A stretch of DNA of 64,000 bases from an uncultured cyanobacterium (GCA_963718615.1 OY970368.1:4416001-4480000), one strand, 5' to 3'. Counted from the stretch's first letter, positions 10,483 to 22,447 are shown. The notes: generated from the sequence alone by a model not told the origin. Numbers and translations: made by a program.

Positions 10483-10641
10483 CACTTGCCGCGATACCGT
10501 ATTTCTCATCAGACTTTTACTCCGTTTCTAATCAGCGCGATCGCATCAGGGAGCACCTCAGAGTGAAACCCATTCTGCTAAGTTTAGGGTGAGCACTGCT
10601 GTGCATTGCTGTGCGTTGCAATTAGGAGACTTCCAGACACT

Positions 10642-11841
10642 ATGACGCTAACTGAGTGTTTTAAGCCGGGCTTAGCGGATGTACCCGCAGCGTTATCAAG
10701 CATTAGCCATGTCGATGGTCAACATGGTGTCTTGGAATATCGCGGCATCTCTGTCGAAGCGCTCGCGAAACACAGCTCGTTCCTAGAGACCTGTTATTTG
10801 CTGATCTGGGGAGAATTGCCTTCCCTGGAAGAACTACAAAGTTTCGAGCACGAGATCCGCTATCATCGGCGTCTCAAGTATCGCATCCGGGACATGATGA
10901 AATGCTTCCCCGAAAGCGGTCACCCCATGGATGCACTCCAGTCCTGTGCGGCGGCCCTGGGGCTATTTTACTCTCGGCGGGCCTTGGATAATCCGGAATA
11001 TATCCGGGCAGCGGTCGTCCGGCTCCTAGCGAAAATCCCGACCATGGTGGCAGCGTTCCAGATGATGCGCAAGGGCAACGACCCGGTGCAGCCCCGCGAT
11101 GATTTGGACTATGCGGCTAACTTCCTTTACATGCTCAACGAGCGGGAACCGGATCCCATTGCCGCCAAAATTTTTGACGTCTGTCTGATTCTCCACGCCG
11201 AGCACACCATGAACGCCTCCACGTTCTCGGCGCGGGTGACGGCTTCGACGCTAACCGATCCCTATGCCGTGATCGCCTCCGCCGTGGGCACCTTGGCCGG
11301 ACCGCTCCATGGAGGAGCCAATGAGGAAGTGATCGAAATGCTGGAGGCCATCGGCTCGGTGGACCGGGTCGAAGCCTTCATCGACGAGCGTATCCAAAAC
11401 AAAGAAAAAATCATGGGGTTTGGCCACCGGGTTTACAAAGTTAAGGATCCTCGGGCGGTGATTTTGCAGGACCTGGCGGAGAAGCTCTTTGATGAGGTGG
11501 GGGGCGATCGCTACTACGACATCGCCGTGGAAGTGGAACGGGTCGTCACCGATCGCCTCGGCGGCAAGGGGATCTATCCCAATGTCGATTTTTATTCCGG
11601 CTTAGTCTATCAGCGCTTAGGGATTCCTAACGATCTGTTTACCCCTGTGTTCGCGATCGCCCGTGTCGGCGGCTGGCTAGCCCACTGGAAGGCCCAACTG
11701 GCAGAAAACCGCATCTTCCGCCCCACCCAGATCTACACCGGCAACCATAGCGTGCCCTATGTGCCCATTGGTGAACGGCCCCTGGGTGAGCGATCGCTCA
11801 CCCCCGTGGCAGCGGTGGGTTCTCAAAATGGCAAACATTAA
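10642..11841 (+). CDS. gltA: citrate synthase
   Basis: HAEHTMNAST, GPLHGGANE, GFGHRVYK, PNVDFYSG. Confidence 0.97.
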   Translation: MTLTECFKPGLADVPAALSSISHVDGQHGVLEYRGISVEALAKHSSFLETCYLLIWGELPSLEELQSFEHEIRYHRRLKYRIRDMMKCFPESGHPMDALQSCAAALGLFYSRRALDNPEYIRAAVVRLLAKIPTMVAAFQMMRKGNDPVQPRDDLDYAANFLYMLNEREPDPIAAKIFDVCLILHAEHTMNASTFSARVTASTLTDPYAVIASAVGTLAGPLHGGANEEVIEMLEAIGSVDRVEAFIDERIQNKEKIMGFGHRVYKVKDPRAVILQDLAEKLFDEVGGDRYYDIAVEVERVVTDRLGGKGIYPNVDFYSGLVYQRLGIPNDLFTPVFAIARVGGWLAHWKAQLAENRIFRPTQIYTGNHSVPYVPIGERPLGERSLTPVAAVGSQNGKH

Positions 11842-12060
11842 TCAGACTCAATCCTAGGCCCCAGGCTAAAGAAAAACCTCTGCTGGCCTGACTCTGCCGG
11901 AGGTAGAAAATCCTGCGATCGCTTCCCGACCAGCGATATACTACTAGCGAGTCTGTAAACAAACTTCAAGCCACCGCTGGGATTCCCCTTGGGGATGACT
12001 CTTCCCAGTCCGTTAGCTTGGGAACGCACTTTCGGAAATCCCCCTGAGCCTCAGTAACCC

Positions 12061-13179
12061 ATGAATTCAGGAATTGACCTCCAGGGAACGTTTATTCGTT
12101 CGCTCATCGACCTCGGCCTGCCTCCAGGGCTCGCCAAGGTATTTTGGATGCCGCTGCCGATGCTGCTGATGATTATTGGCGCAACGGTCGGCTTGCTCAC
12201 CTGCGTTTGGCTAGAGCGAAAGATTTCAGCGGCGGCTCAGCAGCGGGTCGGTCCCGAATATGCCGGTCCCTTGGGCACCTTGCAGCCTGCGGTGGATGGG
12301 ATCAAGCTGATTTTTAAGGAAGATATTATCCCCGGCAAGGCCGACACCTTGCTGTTTACGCTGGGTCCCATCCTAGTCATCCTGCCGGTTTTTGTCTCCT
12401 ACCTGATTGTCCCCTTCGGACAAAATATGGTGATTACCAATGTTGGGCTAGGCGTTTTTCTGTGGATTTCGCTATCTAGCATCCAGCCCATTGGTCTGCT
12501 GATGTCGGGCTATGCGTCCAATAATAAATATTCGCTCCTGGGCGGTCTAAGGGCAGCAGCCCAGTCGATTAGCTACGAAATTCCCCTGGCCTTGGCGGTT
12601 TTGGCGATCGTCATGATGTCCAATTCCCTCAGCACGATTGATATCGTCAATCAGCAGTCGAGCTACGGCATTTTGGGCTGGAATGTTTGGCGGCAACCTG
12701 TGGGCTTCGTGATTTTCTGGATTGCAGCTTTGGCGGAATGCGAACGCTTGCCTTTTGACTTACCTGAGGCGGAAGAAGAGCTCGTGGCAGGCTATCAAAC
12801 CGAATATTCCGGGATGAAGTTTGCCCTGTTTTATATTGCCTCCTACGTCAACCTCGTGTTGTCAGCGCTGTTAGTATCGGTTCTGTATCTGGGCGGCTGG
12901 GAGTCACCGATTCCGCTCGATCGCCTGGCAGACCTAGTCGGAGTCCCCGCTTCTAACCCCACGCTTCAGATTGTGACGGCCTCGCTGGGCATCTTGATGA
13001 CACTTTTCAAGACCTATCTCTTTGTCTTCCTGGCGATTTTGCTCCGCTGGACCGTCCCCCGCGTGCGCATTGACCAACTGCTGGATCTGGGCTGGAAATT
13101 CCTCTTACCTGTCTCCCTGGTTAACCTTTTGGTCACCGCCGCCCTGAAGCTCAGCTTCCCCGCATTTTTTGGAGGTTAG
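12061..13179 (+). CDS. ndhA: NDH-1 subunit 1
   Basis: [35 protein letters not shown]. Confidence 0.97.
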   Translation: MNSGIDLQGTFIRSLIDLGLPPGLAKVFWMPLPMLLMIIGATVGLLTCVWLERKISAAAQQRVGPEYAGPLGTLQPAVDGIKLIFKEDIIPGKADTLLFTLGPILVILPVFVSYLIVPFGQNMVITNVGLGVFLWISLSSIQPIGLLMSGYASNNKYSLLGGLRAAAQSISYEIPLALAVLAIVMMSNSLSTIDIVNQQSSYGILGWNVWRQPVGFVIFWIAALAECERLPFDLPEAEEELVAGYQTEYSGMKFALFYIASYVNLVLSALLVSVLYLGGWESPIPLDRLADLVGVPASNPTLQIVTASLGILMTLFKTYLFVFLAILLRWTVPRVRIDQLLDLGWKFLLPVSLVNLLVTAALKLSFPAFFGG

Positions 13180-13190
13180 ACGTACCCACC

Positions 13191-13772
13191 ATGATGAAAT
13201 TTCTCAAACAGGTTGGAGACTACGCCAAGGAAAGCGTCCAAGCCGCCAAATACATTGGCCAGGGCCTTTCGGTGACCTTCGACCATATGAAGCGCCGCCC
13301 GGTCACGGTCCAATATCCCTACGAAAAGCTCATTCCCTCGGAGCGCTATCGGGGCCGGATTCATTTTGAGTTTGATAAGTGTATTGCCTGCGAAGTCTGC
13401 GTGCGGGTTTGTCCGATTAACCTGCCGGTGGTGGACTGGGAATTTAACAAAGACATCAAGAAAAAGCAGCTCAAACACTACAGCATTGACTTTGGCGTCT
13501 GTATTTTCTGCGGCAACTGCGTGGAGTATTGCCCCACCAACTGTCTGTCCATGACCGAAGAGTACGAGCTCGCCACCTACGATCGCCACGAACTCAACTA
13601 CGACAGCGTTGCCCTCGGTCGCTTGCCCTATAAAGTCACCGATGATCCCATGGTCACGCCCCTACGGGAACTGGCCTACCTGCCCAAGGGCGTCATGGAT
13701 CCCCATGATTTACCCAAAGGCTCCCAGCGACCGGGGCGTCGGCCTGAGGAAATCGCGCAAGATGCGCAATAG
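13191..13772 (+). CDS. ndhI: NDH-1 subunit I (2x[4Fe-4S])
   Basis: [12 protein letters not shown] and [12 protein letters not shown]. Confidence 0.97.
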   Translation: MMKFLKQVGDYAKESVQAAKYIGQGLSVTFDHMKRRPVTVQYPYEKLIPSERYRGRIHFEFDKCIACEVCVRVCPINLPVVDWEFNKDIKKKQLKHYSIDFGVCIFCGNCVEYCPTNCLSMTEEYELATYDRHELNYDSVALGRLPYKVTDDPMVTPLRELAYLPKGVMDPHDLPKGSQRPGRRPEEIAQDAQ

Positions 13773-13813
13773 TCCAAAACAGCACGAGTATCGAGCACAA
13801 CGAGGCATTCAAC

Positions 13814-14413
13814 GTGAATCTGGCGGAAGGCGTTCAATTGGTATCCTTCATCATCCTCTCGGTGATGATGATCGTGGCGGCTTTAGGCGTAGTCCTGAGT
13901 CCCAGCGTGGTTTATGCGGCCTTCCTGCTGGGGGGCGTATTTATTAGTATTTCTGGGCTGTATTTGTTGCTCAATGCCAGCTTTGTGGCAGCGGCCCAGG
14001 TACTGATTTATGTGGGTGCGGTCAACGTCTTGATTCTGTTTGCCATCATGCTGGTGAACAAACGGGAAGACTTTCGTCCTGTCAAATACACGGTGATTCG
14101 TAAGTTGATTACCGGGGCGGTTTGTTCAGGCTTGTTTTTGCTCCTGGGCGCAACGATTGTGACGACGCCTTGGGCTTACTCAACGGAAGCGGCTGCGGGA
14201 GATGAAGCTATTTATCTGATTGGGGAGCATTTCTTCACGGATTTCCTCTTACCCTTTGAGCTAGCCTCGATACTGTTGTTGATGGCGTTGATTGGGGCGA
14301 TCGTCCTGGCCCGTCGCGACTATTTGCCCGATGCAGCCTTGACCTCGGACCAAGACAATCTGAAGCTACCCGAACGTCCCCGTGAGCTGATCTCGGCGGG
14401 TCAAGAAAAGTAA
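13814..14413 (+). CDS. ndhG: NDH-1 subunit 6
   Basis: AQVLIYVGAVNVLILFAIML, LPFELASILLL. Confidence 0.96.
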   Translation: MNLAEGVQLVSFIILSVMMIVAALGVVLSPSVVYAAFLLGGVFISISGLYLLLNASFVAAAQVLIYVGAVNVLILFAIMLVNKREDFRPVKYTVIRKLITGAVCSGLFLLLGATIVTTPWAYSTEAAAGDEAIYLIGEHFFTDFLLPFELASILLLMALIGAIVLARRDYLPDAALTSDQDNLKLPERPRELISAGQEK

Positions 14414-14440
14414 CCATTCAGTCATCCTTGGGATTGTGAG

Positions 14441-14483
14441 GTTGACAGAGTTTTTGACAGAGTTTTTGACGGAGTTTTCGGAG
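14441..14483 (+). repeat. 12-bp tandem repeat between ndhG and ndhE
   Basis: ttgacagagttt ttgacagagttt ttgacggagttt. Confidence 0.8.
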
Positions 14484-14491
14484 AACTATCC

Positions 14492-14797
14492 ATGCAGCTT
14501 CAGTACTTTTTGCTTTTAGCCGCGGCCCTGTTTTGTATTGGTGTCTATGGTCTGGTGACTAGCCGTAATGCCGTCCGCGTGTTGATGTCCATCGAGCTGA
14601 TGCTGAATGCGGTCAATATCAACCTCATGGCGTTTTCGAACTATCTGGACCCGGCGGTGATTAAGGGCCAAATTTTTGCGGTATTTGTGATTACGGTAGC
14701 GGCGGCAGAGGCGGCGGTTGGCTTGGCGATCTTGCTGGCCATTTACCGCAACCGCGACACGGTGGATATGGAGCAATTTAACCTGCTGAAGTGGTAG
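14492..14797 (+). CDS. ndhE: NDH-1 subunit 4L
   Basis: [28 protein letters not shown]. Confidence 0.97.
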   Translation: MQLQYFLLLAAALFCIGVYGLVTSRNAVRVLMSIELMLNAVNINLMAFSNYLDPAVIKGQIFAVFVITVAAAEAAVGLAILLAIYRNRDTVDMEQFNLLKW

Positions 14798-14828
14798 CAG
14801 CCCGGAATTTTTTGGAGTTTTTGAATTC

Positions 14829-15749
14829 GTGGAGCTGCGCAATGCGATCGTGGCCTATCGATCGGGCCATAGCCTGAGTAAAAAATGGGCTGAGCGCTGT
14901 GCTCAAGAATTGGAAGCCCTGGGCTGCCGCGTGCTTCTAGGACCCAGTGGGGCGAAGGACAATCCCTATCCCGTGTTTTTGGCTTCTGCGATAGATGCTA
15001 TTGATCTGGCGATCGTGATGGGTGGAGATGGGACTGCCCTTGCCGCCGCAAGACATTTGGCCCCGGCAGATATCCCGATTTTGGCCATCAAGATTGGCGG
15101 GCATCTGGGTTTTTTGACAGAGCCTTTTGATTTATTCCAAGACACCCAGGCCGTCTGGCAACGCCTGTTAGGAGACCGCTATGCCATTGAACGGCGGATG
15201 ATGCTCCAGGCGACGTTGCAGCATGGGCTGTGGACAGAAGTGGATGAGGGGGGCGATCGCTTCTACGCCCTCAATGAATTTTGTATTAAACCCGGCTCGG
15301 TCGATCGCATGCCCACATCAATTCTGGAAGTGGAAGTCGATGGAGAAATGATTGACCAATACCATGGGGATGGCCTATTAGTTGCTACACCGACAGGTTC
15401 CACGGGCTACACGGTCTCGGCCAACGGCCCTATTGTTCATCCGGGCATGGATGCGCTGATTATGACGCCGCTCTGCCCGCTGAGTCTTTCCAGCCGCCCC
15501 GTCGTGATTCCGTCGGGGTCTACGGTGAGCGTGTGGCCACTGATGGATCCGGACTTGACGACAAAGCTGTGGATGGATGGGGTTTTGTCCACGCCAATTT
15601 GGCCGGGGCAGCGGGTAGATATTCGTCAGGCGGATTGTCGGGCAAAGTTTATCATTCTGCGGGAACGTTATTCGTTTTATCAAACCCTGCGGGAGAAGTT
15701 GCAGTGGGCGGGTGCTAGGTTTCGGTACACGGAGCATCATCAGAATTAG
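14829..15749 (+). CDS. nadK: NAD+ kinase
   Basis: GGDGT, GHLGFL, ALNE, DGLLVATPTGSTGY. Confidence 0.93.
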   Translation: MELRNAIVAYRSGHSLSKKWAERCAQELEALGCRVLLGPSGAKDNPYPVFLASAIDAIDLAIVMGGDGTALAAARHLAPADIPILAIKIGGHLGFLTEPFDLFQDTQAVWQRLLGDRYAIERRMMLQATLQHGLWTEVDEGGDRFYALNEFCIKPGSVDRMPTSILEVEVDGEMIDQYHGDGLLVATPTGSTGYTVSANGPIVHPGMDALIMTPLCPLSLSSRPVVIPSGSTVSVWPLMDPDLTTKLWMDGVLSTPIWPGQRVDIRQADCRAKFIILRERYSFYQTLREKLQWAGARFRYTEHHQN

Positions 15750-15886
15750 TCTAGGGAAAGACTAACTAATTGCTAATTGACTGAATGGCTTAACACCACT
15801 GGTACATCTTGCTCACACAATCCAGTGAGTGCAGTACAGGCACAACGTTAAAGGCAAAAGTGCCTCTTATAGGTCGTTTGACAAGG

Positions 15887-16627
15887 TTACAAAATTTCTA
15901 ATTCGTCCCAACCCTTGAGAAGTATATCTGCTCCGGCGATCGCCCCCAACGCCTCCCACCCCCATAACACCCCGATCGCCCCCGCAGCCCCCGCCCCCGT
16001 CGCCATCGTCAGATCTCCCTCCGCATCCCCAAACATTAACGTTTGGCGAGGATGGACCCCTAGCTTTTCACACACCGCCCGATAGGCCAGCGGATCGGGC
16101 TTGGCTGGTTCACAGTCATTTCCCCAAACAAGAGCCACCTGTTTGGCTAAGCCTTGGCAATCCAGAAAATCGAGAATATTGGCCGTCACATCCGCAGAAA
16201 TCACGCCAATCTGGACCTGGGCTTGGGTCAATTGGCTCAGAATCGGTCGGGCTTCGGGGAACAGGCGGGTGGTTTCGGCTTTGCGGGGCATGGGTTGGTC
16301 CGCTGCTTGGAAAGCCGTTTGGGCTAGGGCGATCGCCTCATACCACCCATACCCCTTCGCCGCCACATAGGTTGCTGCCGCCAGCGTCGTCTCCCGCCGC
16401 GAAGACACCGCCAGAAGCCCTGCCGGATTGAACTGTCCCTCTGCCCCAAACCCAAAGGCTCGCAACAAATCCGCCTCCACGCCCGGAACCCGCATTTCCA
16501 AACAGCGGGCTCTGTGCTGCCCCAACAATTTCAAATAGCTCGCCGAATCGGCCAGGGTACCGTCCTTATCAAAAAATACGGCTTGGATATCTCTAAACTC
16601 CCTCGCACCGCACCGAATAGTGGCCAT
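15887..16627 (-). CDS. HAD-superfamily hydrolase
   Basis: FFDKDGTL, KPDP, MFGDAEGD. Confidence 0.88.
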   Translation of the reverse strand: MATIRCGAREFRDIQAVFFDKDGTLADSASYLKLLGQHRARCLEMRVPGVEADLLRAFGFGAEGQFNPAGLLAVSSRRETTLAAATYVAAKGYGWYEAIALAQTAFQAADQPMPRKAETTRLFPEARPILSQLTQAQVQIGVISADVTANILDFLDCQGLAKQVALVWGNDCEPAKPDPLAYRAVCEKLGVHPRQTLMFGDAEGDLTMATGAGAAGAIGVLWGWEALGAIAGADILLKGWDELEIL

Positions 16628-16768
16628 CTAGATATCACTCCCCTGCTGAAAAAATCATCAACATGATCAAAAATAAAATCATCAAAAATCCCCTGGTCAA
16701 TGGGGCCAGGGGAAAGTGTTCGCGTATCAGAATGCCAAACTAGACAAGGGGACGAATCCCCCAATCTT

Positions 16769-17752
16769 TTATTCTTCTTCGTCTACCACACTCTCGACTT
16801 CTTCTTCATACTCTTCTTCTTCCGCTACAGCCTCATTCGGGTCAATGCCCTGCTGCTTCATGCGCATTTGCTCGCGATATTTCTCGGCCATTTCCTCGGC
16901 TTTGTCGTAGACAACCTGAGGATTCTTGACCATATCACCTGGTTCCGGCTCAAGCTGCTTGGTAGACAGCGAAATCCGTCCCCGCTCTGCGTCTAGGTCG
17001 ATGATCATGACTTTGACTTCGTCGTTCACATTGAAAACGTTGTGAGGCGTTTCAATATGATCGTGGGAAATTTCGGAGATGTGCAGCAGACCACTGACGC
17101 CGCCGATGTCAATAAACGCACCGTAGGGCTTGATACCGCGTACCGTACCAATGACAACTTCGCCCACTTCCAAACGGTTCATCTTGCGCTCAACCAGCGC
17201 CCGACGGTGGCTGAGGACCAAACGGTTGCGGTCTTCGTCCACTTCCAAGAACTTCAGAGGCAGCTCTTCCGCCACCAAATCTTCCTTGGGTTTGCGAGTG
17301 CTGATGTGGGAGCCGGGGATAAATCCACGTAACCCTTCAATCCGCACCAGCGCGCCACCTCGGTTGGTGGCAAAGACAGCGGAACGCACAGTGGCGTCTT
17401 CCGCCTGTAGCTGACGCACCCGCTCCCAAGCCCGCATGTATTCGATGCGGCGAATGGAAAGCGTGAGCTGACCATCCTCATTTTCATCGGTGAGAATAAA
17501 GAATTCCCGAGTTTCGTTGGATTGCAGAACCTCATCCGGGCTGTCTACCCGGTTGATCGACATTTCCTGAATGGGAATGTAAGCCGCTGTTTTGGCACCG
17601 ATGTCGATGAGCGCACCACGGGGTTCTAGACTAAACACAGTGCCCGCAACGATGTCGCCGGGGTTAAAGTGATAGTCATACTTATCCAGTAAGGCAGCAA
17701 AATCTTCGTGGGTAAATCCAATATCCGTGGTGATCGTTTCCTGAATGGCCAT
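16769..17752 (-). CDS. rpsA: 30S ribosomal protein S1
   Basis: DIGFTHEDFAALLDKYDYHF, three S1 repeats. Confidence 0.97.
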   Translation of the reverse strand: MAIQETITTDIGFTHEDFAALLDKYDYHFNPGDIVAGTVFSLEPRGALIDIGAKTAAYIPIQEMSINRVDSPDEVLQSNETREFFILTDENEDGQLTLSIRRIEYMRAWERVRQLQAEDATVRSAVFATNRGGALVRIEGLRGFIPGSHISTRKPKEDLVAEELPLKFLEVDEDRNRLVLSHRRALVERKMNRLEVGEVVIGTVRGIKPYGAFIDIGGVSGLLHISEISHDHIETPHNVFNVNDEVKVMIIDLDAERGRISLSTKQLEPEPGDMVKNPQVVYDKAEEMAEKYREQMRMKQQGIDPNEAVAEEEEYEEEVESVVDEEE

Positions 17753-17998
17753 GCTAAAGGTTTCCTGGTGAGTCTCCGTGTCCAAGCTGTGAATGAGTTC
17801 ATCGCATGAAGAGACCTTAAACCCATGTAAGCGCGACGGCCAGCCTCACGACATAGGTTCTCAATCTCGCGATGAGTTTAATCCAGATTTATCATCATAG
17901 CGAAAATCGGAAGGAACTCAAAGTACCTTCCTAAGATTCTAAGATTTTTGTTGAGGATGAGGGGTAAGGCAAAAATAAATTCTAGGACTGAATGGGAT

Positions 17999-18505
17999 TT
18001 AGGAGGACTGGGAGGCCGGAATGGGTGGGTCCGCAGCCTGTGGAAAAGAGATGGGCATTTCCCGAAGCTGCTCTAGGGTATCAACAAAGTCACGGATTCC
18101 TTGAAATTTGCGATAGACCGATGCAAAGCGAATATAGGCGACTTCATTGAGAGGGCGCAGGGCCTGCAAAATGAGTTCACCAATTTCAGCACTGGTCACC
18201 TCGCGAACCGTCCGTTGCTCAATTTCGGCTTCAACGTCCGCCACGACTCGTTCTTGCGCCTCTAGGGAGAGACCTGTTTTTTCGCAGGCACGCATTATAC
18301 CTCGAAGCAATTTGGAGCTGTCAAAGGATTCGCGATCGCCATTACGCTTCAAAACCACAATGGGCACAAACTCAACCCGTTCATAGGTTGTAAAGCGATG
18401 ACCACAACGCAGACATTCCCTTCGTCGCCGCACACTGCGTCCCGCTTCAGCAGCGCGGGATTCTAGAACTCGGCTGTCGGTATGGCAGCAAACAGAACAG
18501 CGCAT
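17999..18505 (-). CDS. nrdR: transcriptional repressor NrdR
   Basis: CxxC...[20 protein letters not shown] cone, [10 protein letters not shown]. Confidence 0.95.
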   Translation of the reverse strand: MRCSVCCHTDSRVLESRAAEAGRSVRRRRECLRCGHRFTTYERVEFVPIVVLKRNGDRESFDSSKLLRGIMRACEKTGLSLEAQERVVADVEAEIEQRTVREVTSAEIGELILQALRPLNEVAYIRFASVYRKFQGIRDFVDTLEQLREMPISFPQAADPPIPASQSS

Positions 18506-18623
18506 AGGCTTAACAAGCGCGATAGTCGCAAGAGACTTTTGGCCAATTTGAAGAAGGTTGCCCTCATTTGCAAGGCTCCCTCTCTGATCAGCATAGGAGA
18601 AAAAGCCACGAAGGGCGATATAA

Positions 18624-18667
18624 AAAGTCCAGCAATTCCAGAGAAAAACTCAAAGATTGCTGGACTC
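18624..18667 (-). terminator. hairpin downstream of psbT
   Basis: agtccagcaat...attgctggact inverted repeat, followed by a T-tract on the minus strand. Confidence 0.6.
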
Positions 18668-18807
18668 AAGTATTTTGACCAAATCAGCGAATCTGGAAAC
18701 CGTCCATAGGACTGATCTACAAAATCGCAGTTTATCAAATTTGGAAATTATCTAATCTGAATGAGATAGGGTTGCTTCCGTTAGGGTGCAACCCTCGAAG
18801 CTTCGAA

Positions 18808-18903
18808 CTATTTGCCAATCTTGGGGGGCTCACGGAAGGCGATCGCAAAGAAGATCGTCGCCAGCGCTCCCGTAACAACCAAAATGTAAATGACGCTTTC
18901 CAT
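18808..18903 (-). CDS. psbT: photosystem II protein T
   Basis: Hand translation MESVIYILVVTGALATIFFAIAFREPPKIGK*, downstream of psbB. Confidence 0.95.
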   Translation of the reverse strand: MESVIYILVVTGALATIFFAIAFREPPKIGK

Positions 18904-19021
18904 AGCAGTGGATTATTCTCCCTTCTACTTGCCCTAAGTCTAACAGCTTAGAGCATGACAAAACAGCAATTGAACCCCGCCCTCAAAACCCAACTCCAAG
19001 GTCTCAAGGAACATTCAAAGC

Positions 19022-19047
19022 AAAAGGGAGGGGATATCCCCTCCCTT
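19022..19047 (-). terminator. hairpin downstream of psbB
   Basis: Perfect palindrome AAGGGAGGGGATATCCCCTCCCTT (19024-19047) ending in a T-run on the minus strand. Confidence 0.7.
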
Positions 19048-19106
19048 CATGCTCAAAGGCTGAGAACCTTTTCAGTCATGCGATGAAATCGCGGGGAAAA
19101 TCGGAC

Positions 19107-20633
19107 CTAAACTGCTTCCTTCCGAGTGGTCGGGTCACCCAATTTCTGGAATGCACCGAACTCGATTTGCTCACCCAGGTCAGCTTCAATTCCAGCAAAG
19201 ACGTCCCGGAACAGCGTCCGCGAGCCATGCCAGAGGTGACCAAAGAAGAACAGAAGGGCAAAGCAAGCATGGCCAAAGGTGAACCAGCCCCGAGGACTCG
19301 TGCGGAATACACCATCGGATTCGAGGGTTTCCGTATCAAATTCAAAGGGTTCGCCCAACTGTGCCCGACGAGCTGCCCGCTTCACCGCTGCCGGATCGGT
19401 CAAGGTTTGACCATCCAACGCGCCGCCATAGAAAGTCACCGTTACGCCGGTTTCCTCAAAGCTATAGCGGGACTCTGCACGACGGAAGGGAATATCAGCC
19501 CGCACAATGCCATCCTTATCGGTCAAGACCACCGGTAAGTTCTCAAAGAAGTTGGGGAGACGGCGAACAGAGAGCTCACGACCTTCCCGATCCTTGAATA
19601 CCGGATGACCTAACCAAGCTTGCGCAAGGCCATCGCCACTGTTCATGGCACCGACCCGGAACAGACCGCCCTTAGCGGGGCTATTACCAACGTAGTCATA
19701 GAACGCCAGCCGCTCAGGAATCTTTTGCCAAGCCTCTTCCTGACTGCTGCCTGCTGCAACATCGGCGCTAACGCGACGCTGCATCTCTTGCTGGAAGTAG
19801 CCTTGGTCCCACTGATAACGAGTCGGGCCAAACAGTTCAATCGGTGTGGTGGCATTGCCATACCACATCGTTCCTGCAACGATAAAGGCCGCAAAGAACA
19901 CCGCCGCGATACTGCTGGAGAGCACTGTCTCGATGTTGCCCATTCGCAACGCTCGATAGAGACGCTCTGGTGGACGCACCGTTAAGTGGAAAAGTCCCGC
20001 AATGATGCCGACGATGCCTGCCGCAATATGGTGCGCGACAACGCCACCGGGGTTAAACGGGTTAAAGCCCGCTGGCCCCCACTCTGGCGCTACGGCTTGG
20101 ATATGGCCCGTTAAGCCGTAGGGATCTGATACCCACATACCCGGTCCCCAAAGCCCTGACAAATGGAAAGCTCCAAAGCCAAAGCAGAGCAGGCCGGATA
20201 GCAGCAGGTGGATACCAAACATTTTGGGCAGGTCAAGCGCGGGCTCACCCGTCCGAGGGTCGGCGAACAGTTCGAGATCCCAGTAAACCCAGTGCCAAAT
20301 GGCAGCTAGGAAGAGGAGTCCCGAAAGAACAATGTGAGCGGCAGCAACGCCTTCAAAACTCCAGTAGCCTGGATCCACACCGGTTGCCCCGGTGACGCTC
20401 CAACCATTCCAAGAGTCAGTGACACCCAAGCGAGCCATGAAGGGCAGTACGAACATGCCCTGACGCCACATGGGATTTAAAACCGGATCACTGGGGTCGA
20501 AGATAGCAAGCTCGTAGAGCGCCATCGAGCCCGCCCAGCCAGCCACGAGGGCTGTATGCATGAGGTGTACGGAGATCAATCGTCCCGGATCATTGAGGAC
20601 GACCGTGTGTACACGGTACCAAGGTAGCCCCAT
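19107..20633 (-). CDS. psbB: photosystem II CP47
   Basis: [27 protein letters not shown], 508 aa. Confidence 0.99.
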   Translation of the reverse strand: MGLPWYRVHTVVLNDPGRLISVHLMHTALVAGWAGSMALYELAIFDPSDPVLNPMWRQGMFVLPFMARLGVTDSWNGWSVTGATGVDPGYWSFEGVAAAHIVLSGLLFLAAIWHWVYWDLELFADPRTGEPALDLPKMFGIHLLLSGLLCFGFGAFHLSGLWGPGMWVSDPYGLTGHIQAVAPEWGPAGFNPFNPGGVVAHHIAAGIVGIIAGLFHLTVRPPERLYRALRMGNIETVLSSSIAAVFFAAFIVAGTMWYGNATTPIELFGPTRYQWDQGYFQQEMQRRVSADVAAGSSQEEAWQKIPERLAFYDYVGNSPAKGGLFRVGAMNSGDGLAQAWLGHPVFKDREGRELSVRRLPNFFENLPVVLTDKDGIVRADIPFRRAESRYSFEETGVTVTFYGGALDGQTLTDPAAVKRAARRAQLGEPFEFDTETLESDGVFRTSPRGWFTFGHACFALLFFFGHLWHGSRTLFRDVFAGIEADLGEQIEFGAFQKLGDPTTRKEAV

Positions 20634-20779
20634 CGACTACGCGCCTCCTCGATGTTTTTTATTTTGACAAAACTCCTTTCACAGCCTTGCGGTCTCGGAC
20701 GCTGAGGGGTTAGCTCGTCATCCGAGCAGTTGGTGAAGGTGAGAAAGGTCCCATTTAGAATTGGTTTATCAAATCGAAA

Positions 20780-20797
20780 TGTATAACGAAGTGTAAC
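20780..20797 (-). promoter_or_regulatory. possible HLR1 (RpaB) direct repeat upstream of psbB
   Basis: Minus strand GTTACACT-TC-GTTATACA resembles the (G/T)TTACA(T/A)(T/A) direct repeat. Confidence 0.4.
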
Positions 20798-20935
20798 TAG
20801 TCTGAGAGCCTAATGCAAGCCGATCTCAGCGTTTTTGACAGTCATGCAATCTGGGCACTGGGATCGACGAATTCTGTTAATTTTCATTACATTGGCATAG
20901 AGTAGAGAGCAGCCTTTTGCTGGAGGACGCTAGCC

Positions 20936-21286
20936 ATGTCCACGATTAAGTTTGTAAACGAAGGTAAAGAAGTCTTTGCAGCGGATGGCGCAAATTTGCG
21001 CTTTAAGGCCCTGGAGAATGGGGTCGATATCTACAAGCTGATGGGAAAGCTCACCAACTGTGGGGGCTATGGCCAGTGCGCTACCTGCGTTGTTGAAGTG
21101 GTGGAGGGAATGGAAAATCTCTCTCCGAAGACAGCCTTTGAGGAACGCAAACTCAAGCGTAAGCCTGAGAGCTATCGCCTCGCCTGTCAGGCATTGGTTA
21201 ACGGACCCGTCAGCATCAAAACCAAGCCCGATGGCAAAAAACCCGATCCCCTTAGCGATCAATCGCTTCCGCCAGTTAGGGGATGA
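20936..21286 (+). CDS. [2Fe-2S] ferredoxin-like protein
   Basis: [11 protein letters not shown]...RLACQ; conserved position between psbB and psbM. Confidence 0.9.
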   Translation: MSTIKFVNEGKEVFAADGANLRFKALENGVDIYKLMGKLTNCGGYGQCATCVVEVVEGMENLSPKTAFEERKLKRKPESYRLACQALVNGPVSIKTKPDGKKPDPLSDQSLPPVRG

Positions 21287-21387
21287 GAGAGGTTGCCGGA
21301 TTCAAGATTTCGCAGTTACAGGGTTCGACTGGACTAGAATGGTAATCTAGACGAAATTTCAAAAATTCTGCTTAGAGGCAAGCTTTC

Positions 21388-21501
21388 ATGGAAGTTAATG
21401 ATCTAGGATTTGTTGCCAGTCTGCTGTTTGTCCTAGTACCGGCAGTTTTCTTGATTATTCTTTACATTCAAACGGCGAGCCGTCAGTCGAATAACAACTA
21501 G
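21388..21501 (+). CDS. psbM: photosystem II protein M
   Basis: Hand translation [37 protein letters not shown]. Confidence 0.95.
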   Translation: MEVNDLGFVASLLFVLVPAVFLIILYIQTASRQSNNN

Positions 21502-21568
21502 TTTCATGAACTGGTTTACTGCTTCGACGCTCGATTCGTATTAGTTTTGAAGCGCCCTGCAAGGGGCT

Positions 21569-21613
21569 AGCAATAAGTAGGGACATGGTCATGCCATGCC
21601 CCTACTTATTGCT
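21569..21613. repeat. GTAG-type REP-like palindrome / bidirectional terminator
   Basis: agcaataaGTAGGGACATGG tcatg CCATGCCCCTACttattgct between convergent psbM and usp. Confidence 0.7.
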
Positions 21614-21616
21614 TAT

Positions 21617-22447
21617 TTAGTCCTGCTGTCGAGCCAACAGCACCGGACAGGATGCATTCACCCGCACATAGTCGGAGATCGATTTACCCAGGAGTCGGTC
21701 GAGGTCGGGCATGCTCTTGGCGATCGAGGGGCGGCGGTCGGGAGACCCCAAGATCAGTAAATCGGCGTTACTCTCCTCAGCCAATTGGCAAATTTCTGGC
21801 CCTGCATCCTTGCTGCTGCTATAGCAGCGGTAGGTGACGCCTGATTTTTTGGCTTCGGCGATCGCCGGAGCCAAAACCGGATCATCCTCGGCTTTCTCCA
21901 CGGTTTTCTTGGAACCCGCATGGGCCAAAATCAGTTGTCCACCGGAGATACCGCTCACCAAATGCAGTCCTAGGCGCAAACAGTATTGGGCAGAACCGGA
22001 GCCATCGTAGGCCACCATCACCCGATTGATGCGCTTGACGAAAATATCGTCTTTCACCAGCAGCATCGGCTTTTCGGAAAGCTGAAACACATACTGGCTG
22101 ACGGAATTTTTCAAAATCGACTCCAGCCGTCTGAGACCACGGGAGCCCATGATGATCAGATCAGCATCGATTTCGTCTGCCACCTGACAGACCACCAGTT
22201 TGGGATCCCCTTCCCGCAGCAAAGTTTTGACCTTGCTGGCCTCTAAAGGAAGAGCCGCAGCAGCTTCTTCAAGCAGCTTGGTCCCTTCTTTTTTCTTTTC
22301 ATCCACCTCTTCGGATTTGCTGAGGGACGGGACCACATTGAGGATGGTGACGCTTGCTGCTTTAAGCGGCTCGATATTCAGCAGCATCTTTAACATTTCT
22401 TCGGACTTGCCGGTGCCAGAGTCGGCTAGAAGGATTTTTCCAATCAT
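21617..22447 (-). CDS. tandem-domain universal stress protein
   Basis: KILLADSG, ADLIIMGSRG, SISDYVRVNASCPVL. Confidence 0.9.
   Translation of the reverse strand: MIGKILLADSGTGKSEEMLKMLLNIEPLKAASVTILNVVPSLSKSEEVDEKKKEGTKLLEEAAAALPLEASKVKTLLREGDPKLVVCQVADEIDADLIIMGSRGLRRLESILKNSVSQYVFQLSEKPMLLVKDDIFVKRINRVMVAYDGSGSAQYCLRLGLHLVSGISGGQLILAHAGSKKTVEKAEDDPVLAPAIAEAKKSGVTYRCYSSSKDAGPEICQLAEESNADLLILGSPDRRPSIAKSMPDLDRLLGKSISDYVRVNASCPVLLARQQD

Noticed and set aside
19076-19985. Several 80-150 aa ORFs overlapping psbB
   Set aside because: Alternative-frame or antisense shadows of a highly conserved gene.
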